From Callorhinchus milii (lineage: Eukaryota): a DNA stretch of 64,000 nucleotides. Each line of letters starts with the position of its first letter. Within the stretch, counting starts at the first letter, position 1. A program made the position numbers and the translations under genes. The notes beneath the pieces are model-generated. The model ran no database searches. It worked only from the letters and a program-made list of their open reading frames with translations, and was not told the origin of the DNA. The DNA lies in the NCBI RefSeq assembly GCF_018977255.1, contig NW_024704749.1, positions 8,494,001-8,558,000 on the forward strand, given 5' to 3'. Shown here one piece after another: positions 48,976 to 63,103 of this stretch.

Positions 48976-51900
48976 ATGGAGGCCGACGCGGGGCCGGGCC
49001 CGGGCCCGGAGCTGCCGCCGGGGAAGGCGGCGGAGGAGCTGACGGTGACCGACGTCTACGAGCTGGCGGCGGGGCTGGGGCAGGAGCTGGAGCGGCTGGT
49101 GGAGGCGGTGGGCGGCCAGGCCGTGGCCGGGCTGGTGCCCCGCCTGGTGCGGGTGCTGGAGCTGCTCGAGGCGCTGGTCACCCGCCAGCAGAGCCACTCC
49201 CAGCCCGAGGCCCAGGCCCAGCGCCTGCGGCTCGAGCTCGAGCTGGAGCGGCTCCGCCTGGACAGGGCCAACCGCGCCCAACAGGACAGCCAACACAAGC
49301 AGGTGTGCGGCTGCCACTACCCCCTCCCCCCCCAGTGACCCCCTCCCCCCCAGTGACCCCCTCCCCCCACTATACCCCTCCACTAACCCCCTCCCCCCCA
49401 CTAACCCCTCCACTACCCCCTCCCCCCAGTGACCCCCCCCCCCCAGTGACCCCCTCCCCCCCCCCACTACCCCTCCCCCCAGTGACCCCCTCCCCACTAT
49501 ACCCTCCACTACCCCCTCCCCCCAGTGACCCCCTCCCCCCCACTAACCCTCCACTAACCCCTCCCCCCAGTGACCCCCTCCCCCCCACTAACCCCTCCAC
49601 TAACCCCTCCCCCCCAGTGACCCCCTCCCCCCCCAGTGACCCCCTCCCCCCACTACCCCCTCCCCCCCCCACTACCCCCCCCTCCCCCCCCCAGTGACCC
49701 CCTCCCCCCCCCAGTGACCCCCTCCCCCCACTACCCCCTCCCCCACTAGTGACCCCCTCCCCCCCAGTGACCCCCTCCCCCCAGTGACCCCTCACCCCCT
49801 CCACTACCCCCTCCCCCCAGTGACCCCTCCCCCCAGTGACCCCCTCCCCCACTATACCCCTCCACTAACCCCCTCCCCCCACTAACCCCCTCCCCCCACT
49901 AACCCCCTCCACTACCCCCTCCCCCCCAGTGACCCCCTCCCCCCAGTGACCCCCTCCCCCCACTAACCCCCTCCAGTAACCCCCTCCCCCAACTAACCCC
50001 CTCCCCCCCAACTAACCCCCTCCTCCCCCACTAACCCTAAACCCTCAAAAACCTTAAACCCTCATCGCCTCAACAATCAGTCACTGCCCTCATCCTAAAC
50101 TCACACACCCGTCGACTCGCCCTCGCCCGCTAACCTCACACTGATCCTCAATAGACACCCTCATCATCAACAACAACAACAACAACAGCGACTTGGATTT
50201 GTATGGCGCCCTCCCCCCACCGCCACTCAGTCACCACCCCAACCCTAAGCTGACACCCAGGTACTCCCACTACGATGCGAGTGTGTGTACGCGAGTGTGA
50301 GAGATTCTGGGACCTGTTACCCGGTGCTGACTGACTGCGTGAGGTATTTTGGGAGTTGGCAGTGAGCTCCGGGACCTGTTGATGAGAGGTTTGCGTCATC
50401 CCCTAATCACAGCTCAGGTTCCAGCAGCGAGCGAGTCTGTCCCTTCACAGTAGACGTACACCGTCCAACTCTCCACACACACACACGCACGCACGCATAG
50501 CCTGTCTCGAGCTCATAAAATAACTTTATCTTTCCCTTCTCCTCTACTCAAGTTCACTCCTGAAATGTTGGGGGGGGGATGAAGGGAAGAGGGAGAGGGG
50601 GGAATGAAGAGAAGGGGGAAGAGGGAGAGGGGGGAATGAAGAGAAGGGGGAAGAGGGAGAGGAGGGAGGCTCCTCAGATTGTTTGTGTGGAAAAACCTGG
50701 ATGCCAACACGCTCGTTTCTGCCGGGTTAACGAGTTCAAGATAAATGGTCACGGCTTTGAAATAGGACAAAAAAAAAATTGGCTGCTGCGCCGGCGCCTA
50801 CAGAACACACAGTCGCTACACCACATGCTACTGTGTTCTGCGAAGCCATGTGAGACCACCTCCCCACATGAAAGGCGTTGTAACCAATTGACGAGTATTA
50901 TTATTATTAACAAAATGCAAGGAGGGGAAATTTGGGAGAGACAGTGAAAGGGGAATATGGGATCATCACACACAAGGAGTGAAATGCCAGTGGTGATATG
51001 AGGGGGTGAGGGGAAACAGGATGGCCGAGCTGTCTAATGTGGCTGCCCACCCCCCAGGAGCTGGAGCTGATGGAGGATGTTTGGCGGGGAGAGGCACAGG
51101 ACCTGTTGACACAGATCGCTCAGCTACAGGAGGAGAACAAGGCGCTGGTGGACAACCTGTCCCCAAAGAGCCTCACCATCACGCAGGAGGAGATCCTGCG
51201 GCAGGAGGGTAAGGGGAGGGGGTTGTGTGACGGCCTGGTTGACAGGGTGGGGGTTGGGAGGGGTGAAGGCGTGGGGAATGGTGTTGTGTAAGGCCCAAAT
51301 CCTTTACTGTCCGCCGCCTTGGGAGACCTCCCAATGTGAAAGACACTACGAATATAATTTGCTTGGGAGGTGGGGGGTGGGGGGGGTTGGTGGAACCCAG
51401 TGAGAGGTCCCTCCTTGGAATTTTTGGTTGTTTTTTGTTCTGCCGGGGGGCTGACACAAACGGAAACCCACCACCATCCTTAAGAGTCTCCAACGCAAAC
51501 TGAGAATTCCATGCATCCCACCTAACCCATGGAAATTCCAGAGTTAGATTGTTGGAATGGATGCCCCCTGCTTACTTAATCCGAAGAGTTTTAGGCACAG
51601 GTTGGCAAGAGCCAAGGCTTGGGGGGACCCCAGAGTGCGCGTTAACAATTAACTCCCTGGAATGGGCTGTTCCGAGACCCTTTGCTTTTCCAGAATGTTC
51701 TCACACAAGCCATGTAAGCCGGTTGGAGTGTTTAAGCCGAGTTCATATCCTGCGTCTTTAAGCTGAGGAGAGAAGCCAACGATGAACTGAGTGCATTTGC
51801 TGAGGTCTATCTTGAATTTCCCGCTCTCTCTCACTCTCCCTCTCCATTGTATAAAAGCCGGAATGTCGGAGCGGGAGCGGCAGGTGATGAAGAAGCTGAA

Positions 51901-54875
51901 GGAGGTGGTGGATAAACAACGGGATGAGCTCCGGGCCAAGGACCGGGAACTAACACTGAAAAATCAGGACGTGGAGGCAGTGAGTGTCTCTTCCGATCCC
52001 CTGCCACCACCCCCTCCTCCATTCCCACTGTTCGCTTCTTAACCTGGTCTTGTCTGCGAGTTGGGTTAATCATGTGCACAGAGCAATTATTTGAATCCTT
52101 CTCATCGGCTGTTGATTGCACGATAATAATAATAATAATCATCCTTGCATTTGATATAGCCCCTTGAGACATTTCAAAGCGCCTCACAGAGTACACAGAG
52201 TGGAGTGACTGTATAGTTTGTTAACAAGGGACATTGTTATCAACCCCTTTGGAGGCCTAGTGGGGGACCGGGATTGTGAGCCGGGGAGCAGGCGGCTGTG
52301 GGTTTCTCTCACCGTGTCTTTCCCCCCCCCACAGTTGCAGCAGCAGCTGAACCGCCTGATGAAAATAAACCACGACCTGCGGCACAAGGTGACGGTGATG
52401 GACGCCCAGGGCCGGGCGCTGATCGAACAGAAGGCGGAGCTCGAGGCTTTGCTCCAGACCAGGGAGCAGGAGACTGGGAAACTCCGGGCTGAGGCCGGCA
52501 AAAGCCGGGATAAATCACCCCGGCAACCGGCACACAACCAGGAGGAGAAGGGAAAGGTAAGCGGTGAAATATAACAACGGCTGCCGCTCGCTTCACTGTT
52601 AATATAATGTCCTCGCGTTTGACAACAGTGGCTACAACTGCAAAACGTCTCCATTTGCTACTCAATGCAGTGACTCCTAAACCATGCTCCGCCGATGGCC
52701 TGGGAACACACAGTCACTACACCTGTCAGGGAAACGCTGGGCGTCATGTCAACGTGCTGAGACACGGGTGGGAGGAGAGAGAGAGAGAGACAGAACTGCT
52801 TCCTCTCTGGAGCTAATGCGTCTGTTATCGCTCTCTTCGTTAGGTGAACAAGCTGCTGTTCTTCCCCTCCTTTGAGGATGATAGAAGGGAGTATTTCCTG
52901 GTAATGTGTGTGTGGTGTGTTTTTGTTTGTTTGTGTGTGTGTGTGCACGCAGGATTAACAGGACATACTGTGTGCGCTTTGAAGTCCGCTCCTCAACCCC
53001 GTGCTGGCTGTGTTCTGGCTTTCCACGCTGAAATTAGTTATTGATTATCGAGGCAGGATCAATGGAATTGATCAAAAGGCAACTTGACAAGACTCTTGAG
53101 CAGTAAAACTATTGAGTGCGGAGGGGGGTAGGGGGTTGAGAGCTGGCTATGGGATGACTGGAAAAGTCGCCGAGGATAAGCGATGGATTGGCGTGAATAA
53201 TGATCTGTAACCTCCGGTGCTGTCTGCAGGCCGAAGCCCTGAGTGAGGAGGATTTTCTGGACTCGGAGCCGGTGGTTGTGGACGTGAACGATACGAGCCG
53301 CCCCCGCTTCACGCTCCAGGAACTGCGAGACGTGCTGCACGAGAGGAACGAGCTGAAGGCCAAGGTCTTCGTGCTACAGGAGGAACTGGCTTACTACAAG
53401 AGGTGAGTGCGGGCACACGTGTGAAACTCAGATCTATTTTAACAAAATGTCCGATTGGTGCAGCTCGTGTGAGTTAAAGAATCGGTTCTTCAGTGGCTGC
53501 TTTGTCTTCACAGCGAGGAGGCCGAGGAGGAGAATGCACCGTTCTCACCTCCGTCACCTGCACTCCAACAGAAACCCGCAGCCCAGCCTGAGTCCAGCAT
53601 CAGGCGATTGTGAGTAGCTCTCGCTGGTCCCGCGGTGACAGTGACGTGGGCCCCACACGGCCATCGTGTGTTACTGTGTGAATGGGGGGGTTTCTTCCCT
53701 TGACCGGGAGTTTGTCGCACAACACTTTGTGGTTGGGTGGGGGGGGGAGAGAGAGAGAGAGAGAAGGGGTGTGTTCTCACTGTGATCGTTATTTGTGTTC
53801 CGCTAACTCGGCACCCGCTGGCTAACTCTGTGCTCGCTAAATCCCCACTCCAACTCTCTAATCCCATCTCTCTGTCTCTCTCTCCTCACTCACACTCCCT
53901 CTCCTCTCTCTCTCGCTCTGCGGCCTGAAACTCCTGTTGAATACCGTGCCTGTTCAGAGTGTGTATCTCTTACTGGGCCAGTCCTGGAGGAGCTGTGCTG
54001 ACCTCACTGCTGTCTGTCTCTGTCTCTGAGCAGGATCTTTACGGCAATAATGCCCATGGTCGCAGCTGGATTGATTCCAGATGATCCCACATTACAGCCA
54101 ATCAGAAGACTTGTCTCTCTTGTAGGGCCATTTTCCTTCTTTTATTACCTGCCTATTAACAGCATGCAACTAAGGGGAGGTCTGCGGGGGGTGGGGAATG
54201 TGATCCACTGGCTCACCGTTCTGGTTCGCTGATCGTGGGATCTGGAAGCGCAGCTTTAAAGGTGGAATCAGCCAATCAGAACAATTAACTGCAGCGTGCT
54301 CTTGTGTCTGTGGCTTGCGCGTGTGTGTGTGTGTGTGTGCGTGCGTGTGCTGTGTGAGAAGTTAGTGCCGTAATCTTGTAAATACTATCAGTGAATTATT
54401 GTTGTCCATCAATGGAAGTTGTTGGATATGAGCTTTTGAAATCACTCAAAATTAAAATTCACGTTAACACGGCTGAAACGAGTTGGTGTGGGGACACGTT
54501 AGTTTGGGGGAAAAAAACTGGGACACTGAATCCCACGGCTGTTGGTGGGACACTATGTGCGCGATTGCCGCGTTTCGCCCACAAAATACAGTCAATTCAC
54601 TTCACAATATATTCTGTGAAGCACTTTGAGACGTCTGAACGATGTGATGAGGCGCTATAATCAAATGCAAGGTTTATTATGATTACTATTATTAAAAGCA
54701 GCTGTATTTCTCTTCCCCCTCTGCTTAACCCCCCTCCAGGTTTAGTTTATTTTCGCGGGATAAACGTGCGGAGAGCCGCCTCCGACTGCAGGGCTCAGCT
54801 GGGACTTGGGACGTTTTTGACCACCGGGAAGGCACGCCGCCTGAACAGGGAGAAGAAGCTCTCAAGGACTTATAA
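48976..54875 (+). CDS. RILPL1: RILP-like protein 1 (RH1 and RH2 domains)
   Basis: Exon 1 48976-49302 (TVTDVYELAAGLGQELERL); ~51058-51208; ~51858-51979; ~52334-52556; ~53231-53402 (RPRFTLQELRDVLHERNELK, RH2); ~53514-53609; optional 54034-54121; last 54740-54875 (FSLFSRDK...EQGEEALKDL*). Length and C-terminus fit RILPL1 rather than RILPL2. Confidence 0.93.
49315..50045. repeat. C-rich minisatellite at the start of RILPL1 intron 1
   Basis: Units CCCCTCCCCCC(CAGTGA/CACTAA/CACTA). Confidence 0.9.
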
Positions 54876-56790
54876 CTCTAGCTGCTCTCGAGCATCCGAA
54901 TGGACTTTTTTTTTGGGGGGGGTTTAAGGAAAATCTCTAGTGTTACAAATGCTGCTTTGTTGTGAAGCTAATTGGAGGTGGATCTGATTTACCTGAACAC
55001 AAAACATTTAGCGTCGACGTCCAGGTAAATGCTAACATGGCCTTGAAAGGCGAGCTATTTGCAGTGTTAACTATCGTATTCTAACTTCTAACCTTTTGTT
55101 TTGGAAAAGGTCAATGAAAGTGATGGTGTGGCAGTGTTACTATTGTAACAGTATTATTTTTTTAAACTTTCATAACTATAACCTGCCACATTGCATACAA
55201 TTTGCTGAGTCTCATTGGTGGTGAAGTGCAATTTACACGAATGCTACATTTATATTTTTTAAAAAATCACTCCACAAACGAGTGTCTTGGTTGGGTGAGT
55301 GGGAGAAATGCACACAATGCTTTCTGAGGAGTTGCAGGCTCTCGTTCTCCAGTGTATCTGGAGACGCCCGGCTTCTGAATGAGAGCTCCGGACTATAAGA
55401 GGGGAAGAGGATCCTGCAGGTGCGTAGAATGCTGGTCGCGGCTGATTTGGAATGCAGCGTTCAGTTTTGTTGTGCCCGAGGACTTCCAAAGCTTTGGAAA
55501 GTGTCGAGTGATAATTCACTAGATTAATATAGCTCCCCCCGTTTTTAACCATCGGCAGAGTGCTGCTTTGCTAGTAAGATGGTACCCTCTCAGGGTTTGG
55601 GGGTACAGAACGGTGTAGACTAGCCCGCTTCCAGTTCTTAAATGATTTGTGGGTGTTATCTAGTCTCCCTCCGCGCAGGGCTGTTGTCAGCTTGGAAACT
55701 ATTTGTTGACAGAGGGTGGTGAGAATGAGGAACACCCTGGCCCAGGCTGAGAACTGATTGTGATGCTTAAAAAAGATTTGATAGACAGGATATAGCTCAA
55801 ACAGCTTATGTAGAAAGATATCAAACTACAGCCCCCACAGTACTGGAGTCAGCTAAGATTGTCGGCTCATGTTGAACACACAACTTTTGACCCAGAGGCA
55901 AGAACCCATGGCAAGCTGATGCCTGGACTGACCTGATAACATGAACAATTATTGTAGAATTGGCAACACCAATTGATGTGTTCACTGAGATCAGTACTGA
56001 GGACTGCTTCTCATTGTTGTGAAAGCTGCAGCTTTAAATTGTGTGCCTTTTAACAATTATAGATGCAATGTAAAAGTACCATCATGGGAATTGTAAGTAC
56101 AGTATTAACTACAGAATTATGGCTGAATAAAATAGGTATACTCTTTACAGCTGTGGTGATGTACTTGTAAAAGCAATGTGTATGTTAGGTGATTATTCAG
56201 ATATGTTGGCCATCCCTGTTCTAGCTCATTAGTAGTATAATTATCCCAACTGTGTGTCAGTATTATGGTGCAGAGAATGTTTTACAACAACAAACTGCAC
56301 TTTTATATCACACTCCACGCAGGGTAGTGTCTTAGAGCGCTTAACACTCTGAGCCAAGGGCCGAACAGGAAAGTCTTCAGGCGGGACTTGAAAGAGGGGG
56401 CAAGGTGGAGGGATTGAGGGAGAGTGTTCCAGAGTTTTGAGTTTTACAATTAGTTAACGTTCAAACAAGGCACAATTACCATCCACTTCAAGCATATTAC
56501 AGACAAGGTCAGGATGCACTGTGTCAGAGGAAATGCTTCAGAACAAACTGGCAGTGAATGGAGTCTTAAAAATGTTTTAATATGCAACTTAAAAGAAATA
56601 CTTTCCCTGATTTAAAGTGCCAGTTTACAGTAGTAACTTACTTATGGATGTGTGGAAGAAATCTTGGGATAATAGATGAATAGTTAAATGGTCTGCTCCT
56701 GCCTGAAACAGTTACTTCCTAGAATCATTTGTCCACAAGTGAAAGGTGAGGATGTTGCTGGTAGAGAACTGAAAGCTTTTGCTGCCCTAA

Positions 56791-57096
56791 ATAATAATAA
56801 TCCTTACATTTGATATAGCACTTTTCATGTCTTCTAGACATCTATTCAAAGAGCTTCACAGAATAGACAGTAAAGTGAATGGACTGTATATTTGTGGGCA
56901 AAATGCAGCAGCCAATTGCCTACAGCAGCATCCCACAAATAGTTGTGGATTGAAGTGACCAATTTATTATTGTTTTTTTTGAGGGATTATTATCAGGCAT
57001 GTGGAGTAAGGAAACTTGCCCAAGATTTCACCCTACTGGGAATCAAACCCTCTCGCTTGCAAAGCAAGTGCTCTAACCACTGAGCTACAGGACTCC
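56791..57096 (-). mobile_element. Full-length SINE, same family, more diverged
   Basis: Reverse complement of head (CCACTGAGCTACAGGACTCC), core and tail. Confidence 0.85.
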
Positions 57097-57965
57097 AGAA
57101 ATAGCTTCAACTAGGTCAGAGCAACACAGATACAGCCCCACATCTATTCAGCCCTTGCCCCAGGGGAAGAGCACTGTCCCTGTTGGGCAGTTCTTGTTCC
57201 ACATAAGTCAGCACCCTACTGCTGACAGACAAATTATCAGGCACCTAGTGGTGTCTGCTCACATCACAGCAACCAGGTCAAGACAGCGATTTCCATTCCA
57301 AAACGTCTCCTTCCTCCCCAACAAACCAAACAGACGCAATGCAAATAAAGCCATTGTTTATTTAAATACTCTCCCACATGAAGCTTTAGGATTGGAAACT
57401 TAAATAGCTGTTTACATCATAGGTGAAGGTATGTTTTAATCCCAAGCCCTGCTTTAAAATCTATTATCAGTTTATTCCTTGGTTTACAGCCAACAGAAAA
57501 CTCACTTTGTACCACATTGTAATGTGCTGTTCGCAAGCTCCAGGCTGAAAATAACATAATATCCAACCTGTGGAGCTTTTGCTAAAAATGTCTACAAATG
57601 ATCTGTGGTTTTAAATAGGTCAGAGTCACTGAAGCATAAACAGAGCTAGGCTGCTGATACTGTACAAGTTCAAGGCATTTGGAAGTCAATTCATATATTA
57701 AAAAACACAATCTGCATTCTGACCGCTTGCTCCTAAAGCACAACTGTATACAAAAATGTACAAAATTCTGAAAAAGCGATGATAAAGTTCTGATTCTCTA
57801 CCACTTCATTTCTTGTTTAACCCCATGGTTGGACACGGAGTTCAGCCATCACTGTTAGCCGCTGCACAGTACAAACCATCAATGAAAGTTTCTGAAAGTC
57901 AGCGCGCTGAGCAATGCCTTCGTTTGCCCTTTCTTGTAAAGGAAAAACAAATCCGAGAACAGGGT

Positions 57966-60900
57966 TCACCGTTTGAGCCAGGGATGTGCTGCCACAGACG
58001 CGCGGCTCCGGTCACCATAATCGTACAGAAGCTCCTCCCCGTTCTTGATGTCCCGCAATGCGACCAGGATCAGATGGGGCCTCCCAGCTATATCGTGTAG
58101 CTTGGTCTGACAGTTCCCGTTCTTACTGTGATTAATCAGCCGGCCGAGACGAGCAGTCTCTTTCGTAGCGTCCACACTGAGAGAAAAAAAATAAATTTGT
58201 TTCCCCTCAACTCAAACAGTCTGGATTACAGCTCCAACAGCAACATGTGCCTTTACAGCCAGAGATTCATGGGCTGGGCCATACATCTTTAAACACCCCC
58301 CCCCCCCCCGCATCCACAAACACGAGAAACTGACTGACTATTATTTTGCACTTAATGGTTAGTTGCTACGCCTCCCTCTCATGATATTGTAGGGAATACA
58401 GTAACATTACAAGTGAGAAAGCATGATCCACTTACACCTGAGTGTGGAGTATGCCAGAGGTAGGCGAGAGCATGCAATGACTCACCAGTAGGTTTTGCTG
58501 AGGTGCCGGAAATAGTACATGTAACACCCAGTGGAAGGATCTTGGGCGTACTGTGCCTCGCGTTTCTTGGCGTCTGTAAACTCGATGAGGTCTCCGTGGT
58601 ATTCCACCACAAACTCCCCACGTTTGAAATCCTGGGTGGCTTTCACGCCTCGCCCTTTTCCATCAATCTGGCCCACCTGGCGATGTAAAGCAAGGACATT
58701 TAGAGATTTGAGTACTGCTGATGGCAAGCCCAACACGGCACAAACAATACCACTCGAGTTAAGCTGTGAAGTAACTAACAGACCATTAACACTGGTTAAA
58801 GTTTCAGCTGATTTTATGCTGGCAACCTCAGTTTCCCACACCCACATTAACATTTCTGGCATGGATGTATGCGTTTCTAGACAGACGACCAGATCCTGTC
58901 GTCCAGTATGTGATTATTAATTCTCCGATATAATCTACCCGCAGAGCACAGATCCCCTGTGAGTGTGTGAGACACTTGTGGTTACTGGAATGCGTTTTCA
59001 ATGAGATCACTCATATTAAACAATGCAGTTAGAGATCACGTGAACCTGCAATAAGTTAACAGTGACATTTAGTACACAGAACCAAACACTACCTCCATTC
59101 CTTCTTCTTTCCCATTCAGAATCAGTTCATCGATTATTTTCTTGTTTTCTGACTGTTTGAGGAGGGAGGAAAGGAGACAGAGTGAATGAAATTTTCAGAT
59201 AGCCAGCTCACTGGATACTACACACTATTGGTACAAGGAGCTCCACCATGTAAGAGGTCAGTGGTCAAACACAAGAGTGTAACAACAACAACAACAAGAT
59301 TCCATTTATAAAGCGCCTTTCACGTCAGGAGGACGTCCCAAGGCGCTGCACAGTTGGGTCATGACCCGAGCAGGGGGAGGCAAGGTCATGTAAGAGGCAA
59401 GGTCATGCCAGGTAGAGGCTGCCTAACTGAGAAGCACGAGTTGAGTTTGAAGACAGAATCAATACAAGTGACCGGTTTACAAACTGCTGAAATTCAGCTC
59501 TCTGGCAAGACAAATGGCATCTTCTCCTCTCTAACCCCACCAAAATCTGAAAGGATTAAGGGTCCATCAATGCTAGATGTTTAAGAATAGTTTAGGAATA
59601 ATGCCTGTAAAGTTGCTCTCCCCTTGTAAACTAGGTTATGGTACATGTCAAATTTACATTATCGCAGTCTTGCCTATGTGTAGTGTAAACTAGAGGCTAG
59701 TTACAAACTAGTTGCATTACATTTGCTAGTGCAAACTAGTTACATTACATCACAAGTCACCACATCAACAACTAGTTACCTTCAGCTGTCCAATACATTT
59801 TCTGGAGCTTCTCCTGATAGGGAAGAAGTCAGTAACTTTGTGGTTCTGGCTCACTGGGCTCTTTACCCTGAAATAAAGCCACAAACAATCAGTTTGACAG
59901 CATGAAATAGGAGCTAAATCATCCTCATAGTCACCATCAGAACAGGAACAACACACCATCTTGGACTCAGGAAGCTACACTTCGGTGTGACTGGCAGAGG
60001 GATACAACTTGGACGTGCGGTAGCTCTGAAGGGCAATCAATAAGCCACAGTCAAATCAAAACTGATGATTCATGCTCCTCAGTACTGATAAAAGCCTGTA
60101 AAACACCAGAGGCCAAATATTGTCCTAAAATGTAGGGAACATGAGCCATGTACACAACGGGGAATTCACGTACCACTTATTGGTTGTCCTCTTGTAGTTT
60201 TTCCTGGGACCATATTTCCCATTGATTTTGGCACTGCTGCCATTTGTTAGTTGCACTTTGGAAGTGGCCTTTTTGCCAGGCTCTCGGTGCCCATGGGCTG
60301 CATCATCCACAGACTCTGCTCCTCTTCCACGTAGCTCGTAATTTTTCTTAGCTGTCCCTTTGTGGGATTTTGCCAACTTACTGAGAGACGGTTGAGAACT
60401 TTGCTTGGCTGTGAAACGGTAATAAACAGTTCAAAGAAAAATTCTGAAACCAGTTAAATCTGGAAATAGGCTTCTTTTTTTATTAATTTCGCTATTTAAA
60501 GAGCTTCAAGACTTCACATGAAAGGAGATGTACAAATGTAAGTCAAAGATGAGTTACCTCTTTCCACTGTTTGCTGCTCCTGCTTTACAGCATGCTTGCC
60601 TTTGTTAATCACTGCAATATACGAAGGAACTGAGTTTTCATCTTGAAGCGGTGTTCGAGAGCTCGGAGCTTTGAAAGGGCTCAAGAAAGGAAGGATGGAG
60701 GATTTATCAGGTACATTCTCCTATTGAGACAAATACTGATTGTGATGATGGGATCAATAAGGCATTCAGCTATATTTCCCAATTAATTGGATTTTAGTCT
60801 TTTACTGACATGACAGTAGTTAGCCTTGATGAACTGAATACCTCAGGCCCAGGATCAGATACACTACATTATGTACTGTGGCACAAGTCAAGGAGCCTTA

Positions 60901-63103
60901 GACTTGAAGTACTTATTTTCAAGAATTCACTTTGAAGTGCAAACAAATTCCACTGAACTGATTTATTGACAACTTTATTAGTTGAATGCAAGCACTTGGT
61001 TTCTCCCCTCCCAATGGTAATCAGATCATTCGGTTGTTCCAAACTAAAACATGCTCAAAAAGCATGTTTGTTTAAAACTTAAATAATTCATACAACAAAG
61101 AGCAGAGTACAGGTTGTAATTTCAGCTTCAATCAGCAACAATAACAAAATCACATTTGTAAAGCGCCTTTCACATTGGGAGGTCGTCCCTGAACAGTCAG
61201 GGATCAGGACCCAACCATGGGGGGGGGGCAGGGTTGGGATGTGGGAAGGTGGCTCAAGGCACAATCAAAAAGGTGGGTCTTTAACTGAATCATGTCCAAG
61301 AGCTCAATCATGATTTTTTTGCAGTCATTTTAGCCAACCACACCCTCAAATTGATTGATGCATTTGCCAACCCGACTCAGCACAATTCCCGTCAGCCTGA
61401 CTCAGTTGGAAGCACTTTCATCTCTGAGTTCCAGCTCCTGTATAGGCTGAAAGCCCAGTCCAGCACTGCAGGAGCATTGTCATAAATACTATTACACCCT
61501 TCAAACAAATGTCATCAAATCCTTAAAGCCTATTTAAACAGGCCTCCGACCTCCCAAAATAATATTGGTCATTTTCTGTGTGCCGTTTCATTGCTGCGCT
61601 TGCCAACAAATTACACAGTAATCACACTTCACAGCAAAATCCTGTGAAGAGCTTTGAGACACCCTGCCCGCGTGAAAGGCGCTATGCCAAACGCAAAGAT
61701 CATTAGTTCGTTCATCAGCGGAAATGCAAATTGCCGTTACATCTGGCACCTCAAGGAAATCAAGGTGTCGAGTTATTGGCCAACTGAAATCGGGGTGGAT
61801 TTAAACCCCAGAGAAGGGACTTGTTTTGGGCACTAGGGGTGGGGTTTGCTCCATCAGCTCAGTGAGCTGCAAATAGCCAAAGCCAGACACACCTCAGTGG
61901 CTCAGCTCATTCCAGGACACCTCACCTCCTTGCACCAGTCGAATGACAAGTCAACTGTGAGAGCTCTTGGAGGCTGCAGGGAGGAAGGAGCCTTGCCCAC
62001 TCTTAAGACGCAAGCACTCTGTATACTGGCAGTCAATATAGATTCCAAAATAAATAAAAAAAATAGTAACATGGCTACGTATTTTGGAAAGGCTGCGCGA
62101 TTGGATCGAGCACTGCCCGACCCCTACACCGTGTGAAGGGCGGTTACATAAACGCAAGTTATTTTGCTGTTGATCTGCACCTTTTAAGCAGCATTTTATT
62201 CTGGATTTTTTTTTCTCTCTCTCCCCCCCCCCCCCCCCCAAAACGACGGAAATGTGAAAAAAAACAGAAACCCCCCCAACCCCCAAAAAAACAAAAGCTC
62301 CGCTGGTCAGAGGGGCCAAGTTTGAAGAGGAGAAATGTCGTGAAGAGAAGGCAATAAATCAAAATGAAAGAGAGACAGAGAGAGAGAGAGAGGAGGAGAG
62401 AGAGAGAAGCCCAGTGGCTTTCAAACTGTCACTGACAGTCGCCATCCCTGTGCGGCGTCATCACTCCCCACACCCACACAAATTGAAGCGAGAATTACAA
62501 GTTTTAATACTTTTTTTCGCCCCCCCCCCCCCACACACACACACAAATTAAAATGTTATTAAAAAACTATACAAGTTTTAAAAAAAATAGGGGAGGAGGA
62601 GGAGGCATCGCTTCAAAATAAGTGGGGTTGAGGAGAAAAAGAGTTTTTAAAAAAAACTCCTCGAAAATACGATGGACGTCGCCCGCCACCCCCCCCCCCT
62701 CTTTTTGTCCTCCTGAGAGAGAGAAAAAAAATAAAAAAAGATAACGTCGGACAACAATAAATAAACAAACAAATAAACAAAAAAAAAAGGGTGGCGTTTT
62801 CTCCACAGCCGCCATCAAGAACGCAGTCAACTCACCCCGCTCATGGCGAGCCGCTGCCGCCTCTTCCTCGGACACACGGCGGCCACGGGCCTCCCTTAAA
62901 GACGAGCGATAGGCATCGTTAAAATCCCGCGGCGGAAAGGAAAGAAAGAGAGAGAGAGAGAAAGAAATAAAACATAACAACTCCCCTTTCCCCTCTCTCT
63001 CCCTCTCTCTCTCTCTCTCTCACACACACACGCTCACTCACTCGCTCGCTCGCTCGCGCTAGTGCCGGTTACTTGCCCCCGGCCGCCTCCGCCCGGCCGC
63101 CAT
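57966..63103 (-). CDS. KMT5A: H4K20 mono-methyltransferase KMT5A/SETD8
   Basis: Exons 63073-63103, 62836-62894, ~60558-60720, ~60173-60408, ~59779-59866 (PIP-degron QNHKVTDFFPIRRSSRK), ~59092-59151, ~58486-58676 (GKGRGV...EYHGDL...GCYMYYF), 57966-~58176 (RLGRLINHS...ELLYDYGDR). Phases of the first three exons join correctly; these N-terminal exons are less certain than the SET domain. Confidence 0.93.

Noticed and set aside
48900-48976. CGG repeat like that at human RILPL1
   Set aside because: No CGG tract here; upstream sequence is GA-rich.
48709-49852. Gly- or Pro-rich long ORFs around RILPL1 exon 1
   Set aside because: Shadow frames of a GC-rich exon plus low-complexity repeats.
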